Of a stretch of 64,000 nt of DNA, positions 42,691-55,455 are shown one piece after another. The stretch is from the human T2T-CHM13v2.0 reference genome, Homo sapiens. The notes under the pieces are model-generated. The model saw nothing but the letters and a program-made list of their open reading frames with translations. It was not told where the DNA came from and did not search any database. Made by a program: the position numbers and the translations under genes. Positions within the stretch are counted from its first letter, which is position 1. Each line of letters begins with the position of its first letter. The DNA is taken from the NCBI RefSeq assembly GCF_009914755.1, contig NC_060926.1. One strand, given 5' to 3'.

Positions 42691-43760
42691 ATATTTTTTA
42701 AAATACCAGTTATCCCTATGATATGTCTACTTACTTCTAAAGTAGGATTAAAAAGAAAACTAATTCCCAATTATAATTATCAACAGACAGGCAGCTATAA
42801 GGTACTAACAACGGGGGAAGTGGCATTTTCTCTTGTGTGTTATTCCCATCTAAGTTGTTTACAGAAGGAAAACAAAATGTTATTAATAATAATTTTAATT
42901 AAATATTTTATGTAGTAAGAATTTCTATGTTATGTATGTACATGTATATTTAGAAAAAAAAAATTGAAGATTTTATTGAATAGAAGTCTTTCCTTGTAGA
43001 CTACAGTAATTGAGCCCACCCATTACATTACTGTGGAGGGATAAGAAGATTTTGGTGGTTACAGTAGTCAGATGCACTTTCACATAGAGTTTAATCAAAA
43101 TTAGGGTCATGATTAAAGCCATTGGAGTTATTAATTGAAATATTTTTCTAAAACATTAAATTTTTTAAAATATATTTTCAAGTGAAATAGAATGAGAACA
43201 TTTGTGTCCTCTTGAGGTGATGACTCAGGCATAAAATGGAACACAAGGTGAATACTTACCATCTTGATAGTCAAAAGAGGTCCCGCTCTGTGCTTCTGAG
43301 ACAACGACGGACTTGCCCATTTGAATCATGTTTATGACACATTTTTCCTTATCTGGACATACCTATGCCAGAATATGTTCAGTCTACACTTCTGGAACTT
43401 GATCAATCTCTTCCTTACATTTGTCAGGAACTCTCTAATTGCTGATTAGGAACATGCAAAATTTCTATTATGTACACTGACAATATTCTGTTTAATTAGC
43501 GAGGTCCTCTGGGAGTCTATTTCCTCTAGTTAAGACACTGAGTATGCTGACACCCTAAGCCCAAATGACAAAAAGCAGCAGCCTCTAGCTTGTCTCATGC
43601 CAAAGCGAGTAGTCACTGCACCCGGCAAGTTGACATATCTATGGTTCTTACTATCCATGACTATTTTATGGATTTATGCTACAGCAAGGACCAGTTTTTC
43701 ATCAGGGATTAATTCCATTGATGTTAAATTACATGATTATGCTTTTAAAAATGACACATT

Positions 43761-44070
<310 letters not shown>

Positions 44071-44088
44071 TCAAAAGATTGATACATG

Positions 44089-44745
44089 CTGTGAACACTT
44101 TTGCTGACTACAAAGTTAAAGAGAACAACGTTCACAGACTGCACACTCACTTTTGACACTAACTGTGAGAGTGCTGGCTACTGTATAGTTAGAGAAAAAA
44201 ATCCACACAAGATCCTTCTCTCTTCCAACATCAATTGGAGGATTGGAAATTTCCCAAACCACCCTGTTTTGGTCAGTCACTAGAAGGACTCTCCGAACTC
44301 ATTGAAAGCTATTATAGTCATAGTTGTGGTTTATTACATGAAAAGATACTGATTAAATCAGCCAAGAGAAGAGGTGCATAGAGTGGAGTACAGAAAATAC
44401 TAAATACATTGTCCTCTCCCCAACAAATCAAAATACATTACTTTCTGAGCATCAGTATATGACAGTGCACACAAAGTACTGTCAAGAAGGAAGCTCACCT
44501 GAACCTCAGTGCATGGAGTTTTTATTGGAAGTCCATTATACAAGCATGATTCATTAATAGATTGCCCGTATGGTTGATCTCAGTCCTCAGGTCAACTGAT
44601 CCTATGTGGCACAAAGCTTCTATCTGAAGTCATACTGTTATTTTTTGGCTAGCTTGAGGCCCCCAGGCAAACCAAGATTACTGATCAGGAACTGAGGGCA
44701 AAGGCCAGATCTCATTTGGTGCAAGATTAAATTCTTTCCTACACA
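44089..44745 (-). mobile_element. MER21-family (MER21C-like) LTR
   Basis: The minus strand starts TGTGTAGGAAAGAATTTAATCTTGCACCAAATGAGATCTGGCCTTTGCCCTCAG. Internal text: ctagaaggactc..gaactcattgaaagct..., ggaagctcacctgaacctcagtg...gagtttttattgg. Confidence 0.75.
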
Positions 44746-45023
44746 TACGTACAGTTTACGATTTTGCAACTAATCTTTAAAGGATGATTCTGTGTCTTTT
44801 ATTTGTTTTTTATCTAATATTTATACATTTTTATCTTAAAAAGGAAGCTGTTTCTAAGATATTTCTAAAAATTCTTAATCCATCTTTAAAATCTGTATTA
44901 TAAAGATATTAACACTTTTTCCTGTATAATTCCCATTATGACTATTTCTAAAACTAAATACTGACCAACTGTTGCTGTCACTAGCAACTTGGCAGTAATT
45001 CTGACTTAAACTGCCATGTGAGT

Positions 45024-45058
45024 TGTGTGTGTGTGTCTGTGTGTGTGTGTATGTGTTT
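45024..45058 (+). repeat. Imperfect (TG)n microsatellite
   Basis: tgtgtgtgtgtgtctgtgtgtgtgtgtatgtgt. Confidence 0.85.
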
Positions 45059-46250
45059 GTCTTTATGTTGTCAATGTAAGATATCTTCTGGTAATTCTAC
45101 CAGGTTATGGAAGTCAGTTGATCAAATAATGGGAACTATAAGCAAGTTATTGAATTGGGTCACATGAATTTAATTGTAGGCATACTAATTGGTATGAAGA
45201 ATCTTAATTTTGTTTTTATTAAACATAATCAAATTATATTTAAGTAGATAAGTATAGGTCATATATTTAGCAAACAAATCTATTTATTGATAGTATGCAT
45301 ACCCTTTAACCCATAATTTTTTAAAACTAAATTTCTTATGCAGTCTAGCAGTATGCACTTAATAAACAGCCGTGTTTTGAACATATATTTAAAGGCCTTA
45401 ATAATTACACTGTTAAAAATTATTGGCTATTGTTCACATTTTTATATACATCATACTGTCTGTTTCTTGAATTAATCCAAAGTCTTTATGTAAAGGACAC
45501 CAAATGAGAAATTTTGCAAAATGACTATATGCACATACAGTTAAGATTCAGAAGATAGCAGACATGTAAGGGAATCATGTTTCCATATCCTTCAAACACT
45601 GAGCTTCTTAATCTAAGCTAATGAATTGGACACACAAGTAAGAAAAATCAAGAGAGTTATTTTAGCTTAACTAAAAAAAATCCCAGAATATCTATGCTAT
45701 TTACAAGGTCTATTCCCCTAGTATCTGGGCATAATTCAAAGAAATGGGTGGGTATATTATTAGTCTTACCAGACAGGTAAGAAGTAACCTTTGAATTTCT
45801 AGTGAAATTTTAAGAAAAATATATGATTTTTCACATTCATTATTTAGCAGATAAATAAGGATACTTCCTTATTATGCTAGGATGCTGACACAGAAAACAG
45901 ACCAAAATGAAACTCTTTTTTTTTTTTTAAGTAAGTGAGAAATTGTAGCATTACCTTTCCCTTCTCTCTCTCTCCTTTCTTTCTTTTTCTACCTATCTTG
46001 TTTTTTCCTTTGTAATATAACAATGTGTCACTCACATGTTCTGAAGTCCTTCAATGTAAAAGATGCATGTCCCTCCTTCTACTCCTGATCATTATCCCCA
46101 TCCCATTACATTTCATTAATTTAAATTTTATTTAGCTCCTCTATTTCTGAGTATATTATTATGCTTTTCTTTGCATTTTATAATTAGAAAACTATATGAT
46201 TGCTGATATCTATATCTATATTGATATATATTGATATAAATATATATAGA

Positions 46251-46542
46251 TTTTTTTTTTGAGACAAGGTCTCATTCTGTCACCCAGGCTGGAGTGCAGT
46301 GGCGTGATCAAGGCTCACTGTAGCCTCCACTGACTAAGTTCAACCAATCTTCCCACTTCAGGCTCCCTACTACCCGGGCCCACAGGCATGTGCTACCATG
46401 CCCAGCTAACTTTTTTATTATTTGTAGAGATCGGGTCTTGATATAATGCCCAGGTGAGTCTTGAACTCCTGGCCCAAAACAATACTCCTGCCTTGGCCTC
46501 TCAAAGTGCAAGGATTACAGGCCTGAGCCACCAGGCCTGGCT
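46251..46542 (-). mobile_element. AluJ, full length
   Basis: Poly-T, then gagacaaggtctcattctgtcacccaggctggagtgcagtgg...gctcactgtagcctc...tttgtagagatcgggtct...ggattacaggcctgagccacc. J-type features with high divergence. Confidence 0.9.
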
Positions 46543-48734
46543 GGTGAAATATCTTTTTTTGTTGAAAGGATAATGGAAAAGCATTTCATATTTTAAAAGC
46601 ACTAGGGTTGTTAGTGAATGTAAAGTTACTAATTTTATATCAGCAAAGATAGAAAATTGTGCTTAAATTCAATTTAACTATACATTTGTAATGGAATTGG
46701 TATACTACATTGTAATGGATGCCAAGCAACAAAATATAAGATATTATTAGAACACTGCTGTAAAAATTAAAACTATTATAGAGTATTAATTTGCGTTGGG
46801 CATTTGTAAAACATTAGAAATCTCCAGAGCAGCTGAGCTATATTTTCGCATTCTATACTTTCCCAATATAGAGTCATAGAGGTAGTTATAAAAGAGGGAA
46901 AAATTAGGTTTTAAAAGTACTACTACATGTTTTAGAGTTTTTGATTATGCTAATGTACTTTGAAATGGAGAGGATGCTTCAGGGATTTAGGATATAGTGG
47001 TTTCCTTAGCTTATTTGACTATGTAACCTATGTTCCTGGGAAACTTGAAAGTTACTTTGTGAATCAACCAAGTAATTTACCATTGTCTAATTCTAATGGC
47101 CTAGAAAGCATTTTATCATTTCATCTGTTAAACAGAATGATTTTAGGGCCTCCCTTCTGGATCTAAATGACTTAGCTCCTACAAAAACAATTCCCTAGTA
47201 GTGAAGAAAATGTTAATATTATGGGAAATCAATTATCATTGTACTTATATGTCAATGGTGATGTATTTTTGTTCTATGAGTAACATTAATTGAAGATATG
47301 GGTATAATTGAACTCATGAAAGAAAAAGGATCTTTTCAGAAGGCAGCAGCATAAAAAAATAACTTGAGTACTAACATCTACAGAATTGTTGAAATTAGCA
47401 ATGAAGGAAAGAGACCACAAGATATGCAAAACTGAACTAATTTTCAGAAGAGCAATAAATGTCCTTATATCTTATCTGAATTGTACTTGAAGTATAAGAA
47501 AAAGCAACCAGGCTTTCTCAGGTTAGTCAGCATTACGAAGATAAGACAGGAATTATAAAGAACACAGTAAGTATAAACAATAAACTGTTGTGTCATGATT
47601 TAAAAGCAAATGTATAGCATTTAACTTATTACCTTATTGAAGTTATATATACTTTTACATATTCAGTTTAAATTTAGAAAGCTGCTTCATGCTAAATTGT
47701 TATGCAATTTATAGCTGATAAAATATGTTTTTAAGTGTTAAAATTTGGACCTCAGCCCCTAGTGTTATTTATTTGTAATATAAATCAACATGATTTTTAT
47801 CACTTTGGCTTACATTATTTTTTTCAAGCATTATAACCCACCATTAGGTATGAGAGCTGTAGTCAACCTGTGAAAAACTAACACTGATGAAATGAAAAGA
47901 AAAATAATGGACATAGAGAGAATTTGTTTTAATTTGAGCAGGGCCTCTTTCCAATGTTTATTCAGGAAAACATTAGGAAAAAAAAAAGCAATGTTTGAAA
48001 TGTCTTAAACACAAGAAGATTAGGCTTTCAGTGGCAATTGTTATCTGCGTGTGGGCTGCAACAATTAGGCATTGATTTCTGCTATTTCTGAAATTGCATT
48101 GCAGCTATCTCCTTCTCTTTTTTTTATTTCGAAAGACAGATGTTAACTTAGCTTTAAAGAAATCACCCTATTTCCAAGTGCTGTACACTGCCTTTGTTAC
48201 TAAGCATTCCCAAGTGATTATAAATAATTTTAAGTTATGTTTTAGTCTATTTGAGGCTCTGGGACTAAAATGTCAAATTAGAAAGAGAAATATGGGCCAA
48301 GTATCTTCCCTTGTGTCTTCTCCAATAAAGTACCCTAAAATTGAGGATCCTCAAATGTTTGAGTCAGAATCCAAAAAGCTTGAGCAAAGACACTGAAATT
48401 TTATCAATGCTGATTGACATTTTTCACATATTGAAGGCAGTATCAAGATATCCCATGAAGAAAATAAGTATATAATCTTGTACATGCAAAATACCAACAT
48501 AAGCATTCCAGTAACTTTATTATTGCAATAGGTGATTGACACAGTTGGTATAAATAGTGAGTGAGTATGTAGGCAAAGGAAGAGTTGATTTGATTGACAA
48601 CCTCCAGGCTTGAAGCATTTTACAACTATGCATCTGGTGTTGCAATAACTTTGTGAAAGGAAAGACACACAGGAAATCACTTCTCTCAGGTTAAGTTTAT
48701 AGCCTTAACATTTTGAGTTTTATTAAATACTTTA

Positions 48735-49174
48735 TGCTATGGTTTAATATCTGTCCCCTCCAAAACTCATGTGAAATTTAACCCCCAATGTGGCAGTATT
48801 GAGAAGTGAGGCCTTTTAAGAGGTGATTGAGTCATGAGGGTTCTGCCCTCAAGAGTGAATTAATTCATTCATAGATTAATAGATTGATGGATTAATTGGT
48901 TAATGGATTAGTGAGTTATCATGGGATTGGGACTGGAAGTTTTATAAGAAGAGGAACAGAGACCTGAGCTTCCATGCTCAAGCCTCTCGTCATGTGATAC
49001 TCTGTGCTACCTGGCTATTCTGCAGAGTCCCGACCAGCAAGAAGACTTTCACCAGATGTGACCTCCTGATGTTGAACTTCTCAGTCTCCATAACTGTAAG
49101 AAATAAATGGCTTTTATGTGTAAATAACTCTTTTCCAGGTATTCTGTTATAAGCAACAGAAAATGACTAAGACA
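48735..49174 (+). mobile_element. MST-family (MSTC/MSTD-like) MaLR solo LTR with a perfect 5-bp TSD
   Basis: TGCTATGGTTT...GACTAAGACA termini, AATAAA near 49102, and TSD CTTTA at 48730-48734 and 49175-49179. Confidence 0.9.
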
Positions 49175-49349
49175 CTTTAAAAATATAATTTTAAAAAATA
49201 TATACAAATCCATTTTGTGTACTTCCAATTTATGGAAGTTTGGCCATTGAAGTATATAGGTATTAAATATACAAATATTATGTGTGTGTTTGTGCCCATA
49301 TGTCTATATTCATATGTAGGTACACATGCATGTATTCATCACCATCTAA

Positions 49350-49830
49350 CTAGCATCTATCTACATTTTCTTGCTTCTCTTCTAGTTAGTTCTGATCTTC
49401 TCACTATGTTTAGTCAATACAAGTGTGGTAGAAATGTTTGTTGTATTTCTGTTTCTTCAAAAGAAAGATGTTACAATCTTCTGTCTCCTTTCTCCATGGT
49501 TGTACTTGGAACACAGCATGAATTTAGGACTTCTTTCAGTAGTCATTCTGTGCCATATGGATATAAACCAATGACTTAGAGGGAAGGTCCTCAGAATGCC
49601 TTCAGGCTGGGAGGCATATAGGAAGCAGTCAGTTTTTACAGGAATTGTGTGAATCTCTAGAGTGGGCTGAAAGGACAGGCCAGGACACTGACAGGGACTT
49701 AGGTCTCTGATGTTTTGTGAATTACCAAATGTGGCCTGGACTGTCTACCTGTAGATTTAATTTACATTAAAGAGAAACAAATTCTGATCTTTTTAAAGGA
49801 ATTATCTTAATGTTTCAAACACTAAATTGT
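49350..49830 (+). mobile_element. Decayed MLT1-like LTR
   Basis: ctacattttcttgcttctcttctagttag...gcctggactgtctacctgtagatt...aaagagaaacaaattct. Confidence 0.45.
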
Positions 49831-49884
49831 TGGATCCTTAGGCTTCTTTTTACACCTTCTTTACAGAAAAAAAGGAAGAAAAGA

Positions 49885-50112
49885 GTCCTTTTATTTTAGA
49901 GATGCATACTAATTCATGAAATGATATAAAGTTGAGTATTTTCTCAAGGAAAATTTAGTGTGAATGCTGAGTATGTAGTAGTGAAGGAGATATGGAAGGA
50001 TGAAGTAAGATTGGTGTGTATTGATTCTTGGAGCTGGGGGATATGTATGTAAGGGATATGAAGGTCCTTCATACTGTTTTTTCTACATGTTTGAAAGTTT
50101 CAATAATAAAAA
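49885..50112 (+). mobile_element. L1MC/L1ME 3'-end fragment
   Basis: ttattttagagatgcatact...gaaatgatat...ggagctgggggat...ttcatactgttttttctac...gtttgaaagtttcaataataaaa. Confidence 0.6.
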
Positions 50113-50199
50113 CTGAGAGGATGTACTGAAAACATCCAGAAATGGGGCATGTTTGGGGAGAAAGGAAGGGGAAGATAAAAAGAGAAGGCAACAAACACA

Positions 50200-50202
<3 letters not shown>

Positions 50203-50229
<27 letters not shown>
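50203..50229 (+). repeat. (GA)n microsatellite
   Basis: An agagagag run of about 13 units. Confidence 0.9.
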
Positions 50230-50235
<6 letters not shown>

Positions 50236-50776
50236 TGCCAGAAGACACAGGCAGAGAGAAGTAGAAATAAAAATGGAATACAAATTGCATCAGACTTTTC
50301 AAAAGTAACCTTATTGATAGTTTACTGTGAAGAAATTCCTTTAAAATTATGAAAGAAATGTAACTCAGAATTTTATATTTGGTTGTCAAACAAATGTAAG
50401 AATAGAATTGAGGCTTACTTTTAAAAAAAAAACAAGGTCCTCTTTTTCTTGGCAAGTATTGGAGAATCTTCTTTTGAAAATGAAAAGTAAACCAAGGGAA
50501 AGACATCAGATTCAAGAAACAGAGGAGCCAACATAGAGCAAGAAAAAGGCAGTATGAAGATGACAGCGATGGTCTGCATCTAAAATTCAACCAGGCCAGA
50601 TTAGATGTCAAAGCAAGTGGGAGACTATGAAGCGGGAAAAACATAACTGATAGATTAGCTAATATCAATATCAATATCGATATCAAATTGAGCTTTCAAA
50701 AAGTATTTGTGGTCATTGAAAAATCTGCTGGAGCATTTTTTTAAAATAGTAAAATATTTAGAACATTAAGTAAAAT

Positions 50777-51128
50777 TGAGGTAGAAAAATAGGGTCTGGA
50801 GGCAGGGAACATAAGGCCAATTCATACTTCAGCTATAGCAGGAAATATCCTCTCCATAGGATGTTTGCCATAAATGACTTTATAACTTTACTTCATCCTC
50901 TCCATTTACATAAGGCATACCCAAGAAACAAATGGAATCCTCCAGCGGGTATCTAAACTCCCAAAAAATCTGAAACAGGGCCTTTGATCACCTATGCTCA
51001 GGCCCACTCTCAAACTGTGGAGTGTACTTTCATTTTCAATAAAACCCTTTGTTCCTTCCTTGTTTTGTTTGTGCATTTTGTCCTGTTCTTCAAGATGCCA
51101 AGAACATGGACACCTTCTACCAGTGACA
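50777..51128 (+). mobile_element. MER61 (MER61A-like) 5' LTR
   Basis: TGAGGTAGAAAAATAGGGTCTGGAGGCAGGGAAC...CCAGTGACA, with AATAAA at 51038-51043. Confidence 0.9.
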
Positions 51129-51133
51129 TATTT

Positions 51134-51151
51134 TGGTGAGCCAGCCAGGAG
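51134..51151 (+). other. Primer-binding site complementary to the tRNA-Arg(ACG) 3' end
   Basis: TGGTGAGCCAGCCAGGAG versus the expected TGGCGAGCCAGCCAGGAG (one CpG-decay change), just downstream of the LTR. A splice-donor-like GAG|GTAAGC follows at about 51158. Confidence 0.85.
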
Positions 51152-51244
51152 GAAGAGGTAAGCCCAAAATTTGGGATTTATTTTTCTCCCTTTCTGCTCC
51201 ATACAGTGGCTCTATCTCTCTCTTTTCCTTTCCAACTTGGGACC

Positions 51245-51741
51245 TGTTAAATACAGTAAGAAGTTCTTCTTCAAAGGTTTAGCTAGTTTAGTTTCCTTGT
51301 TCTTTTTTCTCTACTTTCAAGGCCAAACTTCCTTGCTCTCTGTGCCTCCCTGTCTTGGTTTCAGTAAACAACTCTCCCCCTCTGGTCTTTATCTACAGAG
51401 CCCATATCTGCTACTCACTCTGTAAATTACCCCTCCCTTCACAACACCTCTTCCCGCCAAACCTGTCCTTCCTGCCAGTGTAACCACATTCCTGCACTTT
51501 TCAAGTTAGCCAACTGGGTTCAGCTTAGATTGTGCAGTCCAACTCCAACCAGTGGAGGCAGGACACAGTAGCAGGGACAAGCCACATTAGGGATAAAAAT
51601 CCCTTCCCTCCTTTGTTTGGGATGCTCTCATGGCGACCAGACCTGTGAGATGCACCCTTCTGCAGAAGTAAATTTGCCTTGCTGAGAAATCCTTTGTTTA
51701 AGTGCTTGTTTTCTTTGTGACTCTGAGCTTTACTTCCAGCA
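51245..51741 (+). mobile_element. LTR10-family (HERV-I group) solo LTR nested in the MER61 leader
   Basis: TGTTAAATACAG...TTCCAGCA, with LTR10 text (aagttagccaactgggttcagcttagattgtgcagtccaactcc, cacccttctgcagaagtaaatttgccttgctgagaaa). It is flanked by GGACC (51240-51244) and GGACG (51742-51746). Confidence 0.8.
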
Positions 51742-53074
51742 GGACGCTTGGTGGGCAGCACCTAAACATGGAAGCAACTGCAGGTTTCTGGCCATGGCCA
51801 GTGAAAGTAAGGTGTTTCCATGTGGACAAGCCTGACCACCACCACCCAGTTCACTTAAGGGACCAGGGTGTTTTTCATTTTTATTTTCTTCTATTTCTTT
51901 TTCAGTCTTTCAGCAGCCGTTTATTAGTAGCTCCTTGGAAACTGAGGGCAATTGGCTGGGGTCACTTCCTGGTACTGCCTGAAGGTTTAGGAATGAAATG
52001 GAATAATTGCCCCCCCAAAGGGAGAAGGGTCTTTTTTTTTTCAATCTTTTCTACTTGCACAAGGTCCCTGATCCTTAAGTGTGGTGCAACTCAGAGCAAA
52101 CTCTCACATGTTTCAGGCAACTTAAACCTTCTTTTCATATGCTAAATTCTTCCCTTATTGTACTCAACTGGCTAAGGTATAAAAGGCCAACCTGGCATCC
52201 AGTTCACATTACAGTTCATGGCTGTTCTTATAAAGCTCATAGTATGTTCTGGAGGGAAAACCCTGCATGTGGTGCCCACCTAAAGCCAGAGACATCTGGA
52301 ACTCTAAGATTGAACCCCAGAAGAGGATGCTCTGTGGGTTCTGTGGACCCCAACCACTCCAAAGAGGATGCTCTTGGCAGAGTTTCTGAGGTCTAATATT
52401 AAGCTCTCCTTAGAATTTTATATTGCAGTTGCAATGCTGCTTGGCCCCAACATTGTTTGAAATCTGGAGTTCACTCTTGAATGGGAAAGTGGACTGGCTT
52501 TGCATGTACCCAGGCTTTCATGCTGCATTTCTAAGCAGGGGGCCTGGTTGACATGTGATGTCCTCCTTTGGTACTGTTTGGCCCCAGGTCTCTTTAGAGT
52601 CTGGGGAGGTTTGGCCTTTAAAAATCAAACTGCCATGGAGACTGCTTTACCAGAAATTTTGGTTCTCAGCTTTCACTGGATTGTCTACTGGCACAAAGCA
52701 AAGCCGGCAAGCTTGTATTGCTATCTCATGGCTAACGTTCCAAGCTATTGGATCTTCATTTATGTGTGATTGTACATGTCTAGATGTGTTTATTTGTATG
52801 TACACTTATTGTTATATGTTGTATCTACCAAATTGGCTTATAAGTAAAAGAGAACTCATAAATTAAGTAAATAAGTCTAAGCAATTTTCAAGTTCACATG
52901 ACTTAAAGTATAACCACTAAACAAGCTACCTTTAAAATTATTGGTAGAATAAAAATAGAAATGCCTTCAGAATTGTAAGCATGCATTTTTTCTAAATTTT
53001 ATGTTTGTTTTTGCTAGATATTTTTAAATGTCAGTGTTAATTCAAGCTGGGAGCTGCTTGGGGCTAGCCTGCCC

Positions 53075-53290
53075 CCCATTCTATCCAAAGTCTCACTGAG
53101 ATATATGCGTATCTGATTGCTTCCTTTAGAAAGGCTAATCAGAAACTCAAAAGAAGGCAAACTCAAAAGAAGGTGTCCCACCTGTGATCTGAAAGCCCCC
53201 AAAGCCTCCTGGCCTGGAGTTTTCCCTTGTTTCTGGACCAAACCAATGTTCATTTTATATATGTTGATTGATGTCTCAAGTTTCCCTTGT
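53075..53290 (+). mobile_element. MER4-LTR-like segment within the proviral internal region
   Basis: ctgagatatatgcgtatctgattgcttcctttagaaaggctaatcagaaactcaaaagaa...ctggaccaaaccaatgttcattttatatatgttgattgatgtctc resembles MER4 LTR U3. Confidence 0.6.
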
Positions 53291-53299
53291 TAAAAAATT

Positions 53300-53662
<363 letters not shown>

Positions 53663-55431
53663 TCATTTCCAATTAAGCAAGGGTTGTAATACAGGGAAGT
53701 GTGTTTCTAAAATTGTGAAATTGTTCTTATCTATAAATGCCCATATCTGATAGTTCAGTATTTCTTGCTTTTTAGGGTTTTACTAAAGTTCTAGGTTTCT
53801 AGGTAACATGTAATTCTGTATACAAAATGTTCCACAAAGGGTTATGTTACTGGTGAAAAAAAAAAAGAAAAATTTTGTCTAATTCAGAAGTTGTCTAAAA
53901 GTTAGTTCAAATTACAGATTTGAAAAGGTTATTTATGCAACAATGTAGTAAGGAACCATTAAGTAGGGGAGAAAGATGTGGAAAAGCTTAATAATAAAAT
54001 ATTCTTTAAAACCTGATAGAGAATTGAAAACATTTGGCTAATTAACATTTTCATAGTTAAACCTCTTAGTCTTGATTAAAGTAAAAAGTATTGTAAAAAT
54101 GCTTTGGGAGTTTGGCAATTCTTTTTAAAATATAGTTAAACATGAAGCTGAATTTAGTGTGGAACCAAATTTCACATACAATGCTTGCATTGTTTCACAT
54201 GGTGTTTACTGTTATGCATGGATAGTACTGGAGTACTTATTGGTCATGTGTCTAAAGTGGATTTCTTGATTGCACAGAATGTATAATGATATTGGTCAAC
54301 TTAAGGATATTGAATTGTGTATCAGGAATAAAATATTCAGTATGTGGGTTTTCTAGGGCCCTAGGTAACACTGTAGCCTCCAGGGTAAATTGAGTAGGAA
54401 AATTTAGGGTTGGTTTTTTGTTCATTTGTTCCTGCTTCTAATTTTCATTTGTTTGCTGTTTATTCTCCTCTAGCTTTGCTTGTTTATCCATATATTTGAA
54501 ACCATGATGCTTTTTAGTTTCTAGTGGGAGGCTTTTATTTGGTTCTGTGAATAGTTATTTTGTTTCCTGTGCATTTCTAGCAAGTCATCATTCATTCCAT
54601 TTATTTGGAATTCCTAAGCTACCCTTGTCAGGCTGCAGAATTAATGGAACACACTAGTTTTTTTATCCTTAAACTAACTTTTTGGATTTTAGGCTTCCAG
54701 ATACTTTAAGTGTGTTGAGTATACTCTTACAAATAAATTTCGAGTCATATTTGTCTCTCTGCCTAGTTTTCTCCAAAATTTATAAACCTTCTATGAATAT
54801 TCTGAATTAATGGCAAAGTGTCTGTTTGCATACAGTCAAGTAGAGTTACCACAGCTGCTCAGGGAGAGAGAACCCAGAAACCTGACATGCCGGCAAAAGG
54901 GTAAGAATTTCTTACCGGTCAATCTCTGGCCTCTTTCTCTCTGTGCAAACTGTTAATCTCCTCTGTAAAGTTTTAAAGTAATTGCTTTAATAATAATAAG
55001 AGTTTAAATCAAATATTTTGTCAGAAAAGTGAAAAACTTAATGCTTTTTATTTAGTTCATGTGACTTGAGTAATCTTTGGGAAATAAAGATGGTTTTAAA
55101 TATTATTGATAAAATACAATTGTCTTCAAAATGTAAACATGTGATCTAAGTTATGTTCAAATATTAGCTTTGCTAAATGCTTTACGGACATAAACTGCTT
55201 CTTTGGCTTTAGAAAATTGTTTAACTTGCCTGCTTTTCAGCTAGGTAAGGGCTGGGGACATGTGGAGTTAGCCATGCCTCTAGCTATGCTGGAATAGTCA
55301 AACCTTATGGGAACATAACTTACTAGGTTTTACATTAAAGTTAAATTGCTAAGAGTCACCATTGTATCATGCAGTTAAGACTCCTAGAAACAGTTTTACA
55401 AGCAAGGTATGTAAAAACCATAGAATGTGTT

Positions 55432-55455
55432 TTTGTTGTTGTTGTTGTTGTTGTT
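55432..55455 (+). repeat. (TTG)n microsatellite
   Basis: ttgttgttgttgttgttgttgtt. Confidence 0.85.

Noticed and set aside
43252-43262. ATACTTACC resembling the 5' end of U1 snRNA
   Set aside because: Downstream sequence does not match U1. It is better read as a minus-strand splice donor.
50069-50686. 205-aa minus-strand hydrophobic ORF
   Set aside because: It is the antisense reading of A/G-rich low-complexity and decayed-LINE sequence, including the (GA)n run, with no recognisable domain.
50777-51741. p53 response element in the MER61 or LTR10 copies
   Set aside because: Only isolated imperfect RRRCWWGYYY half-sites are visible, with no paired full site.
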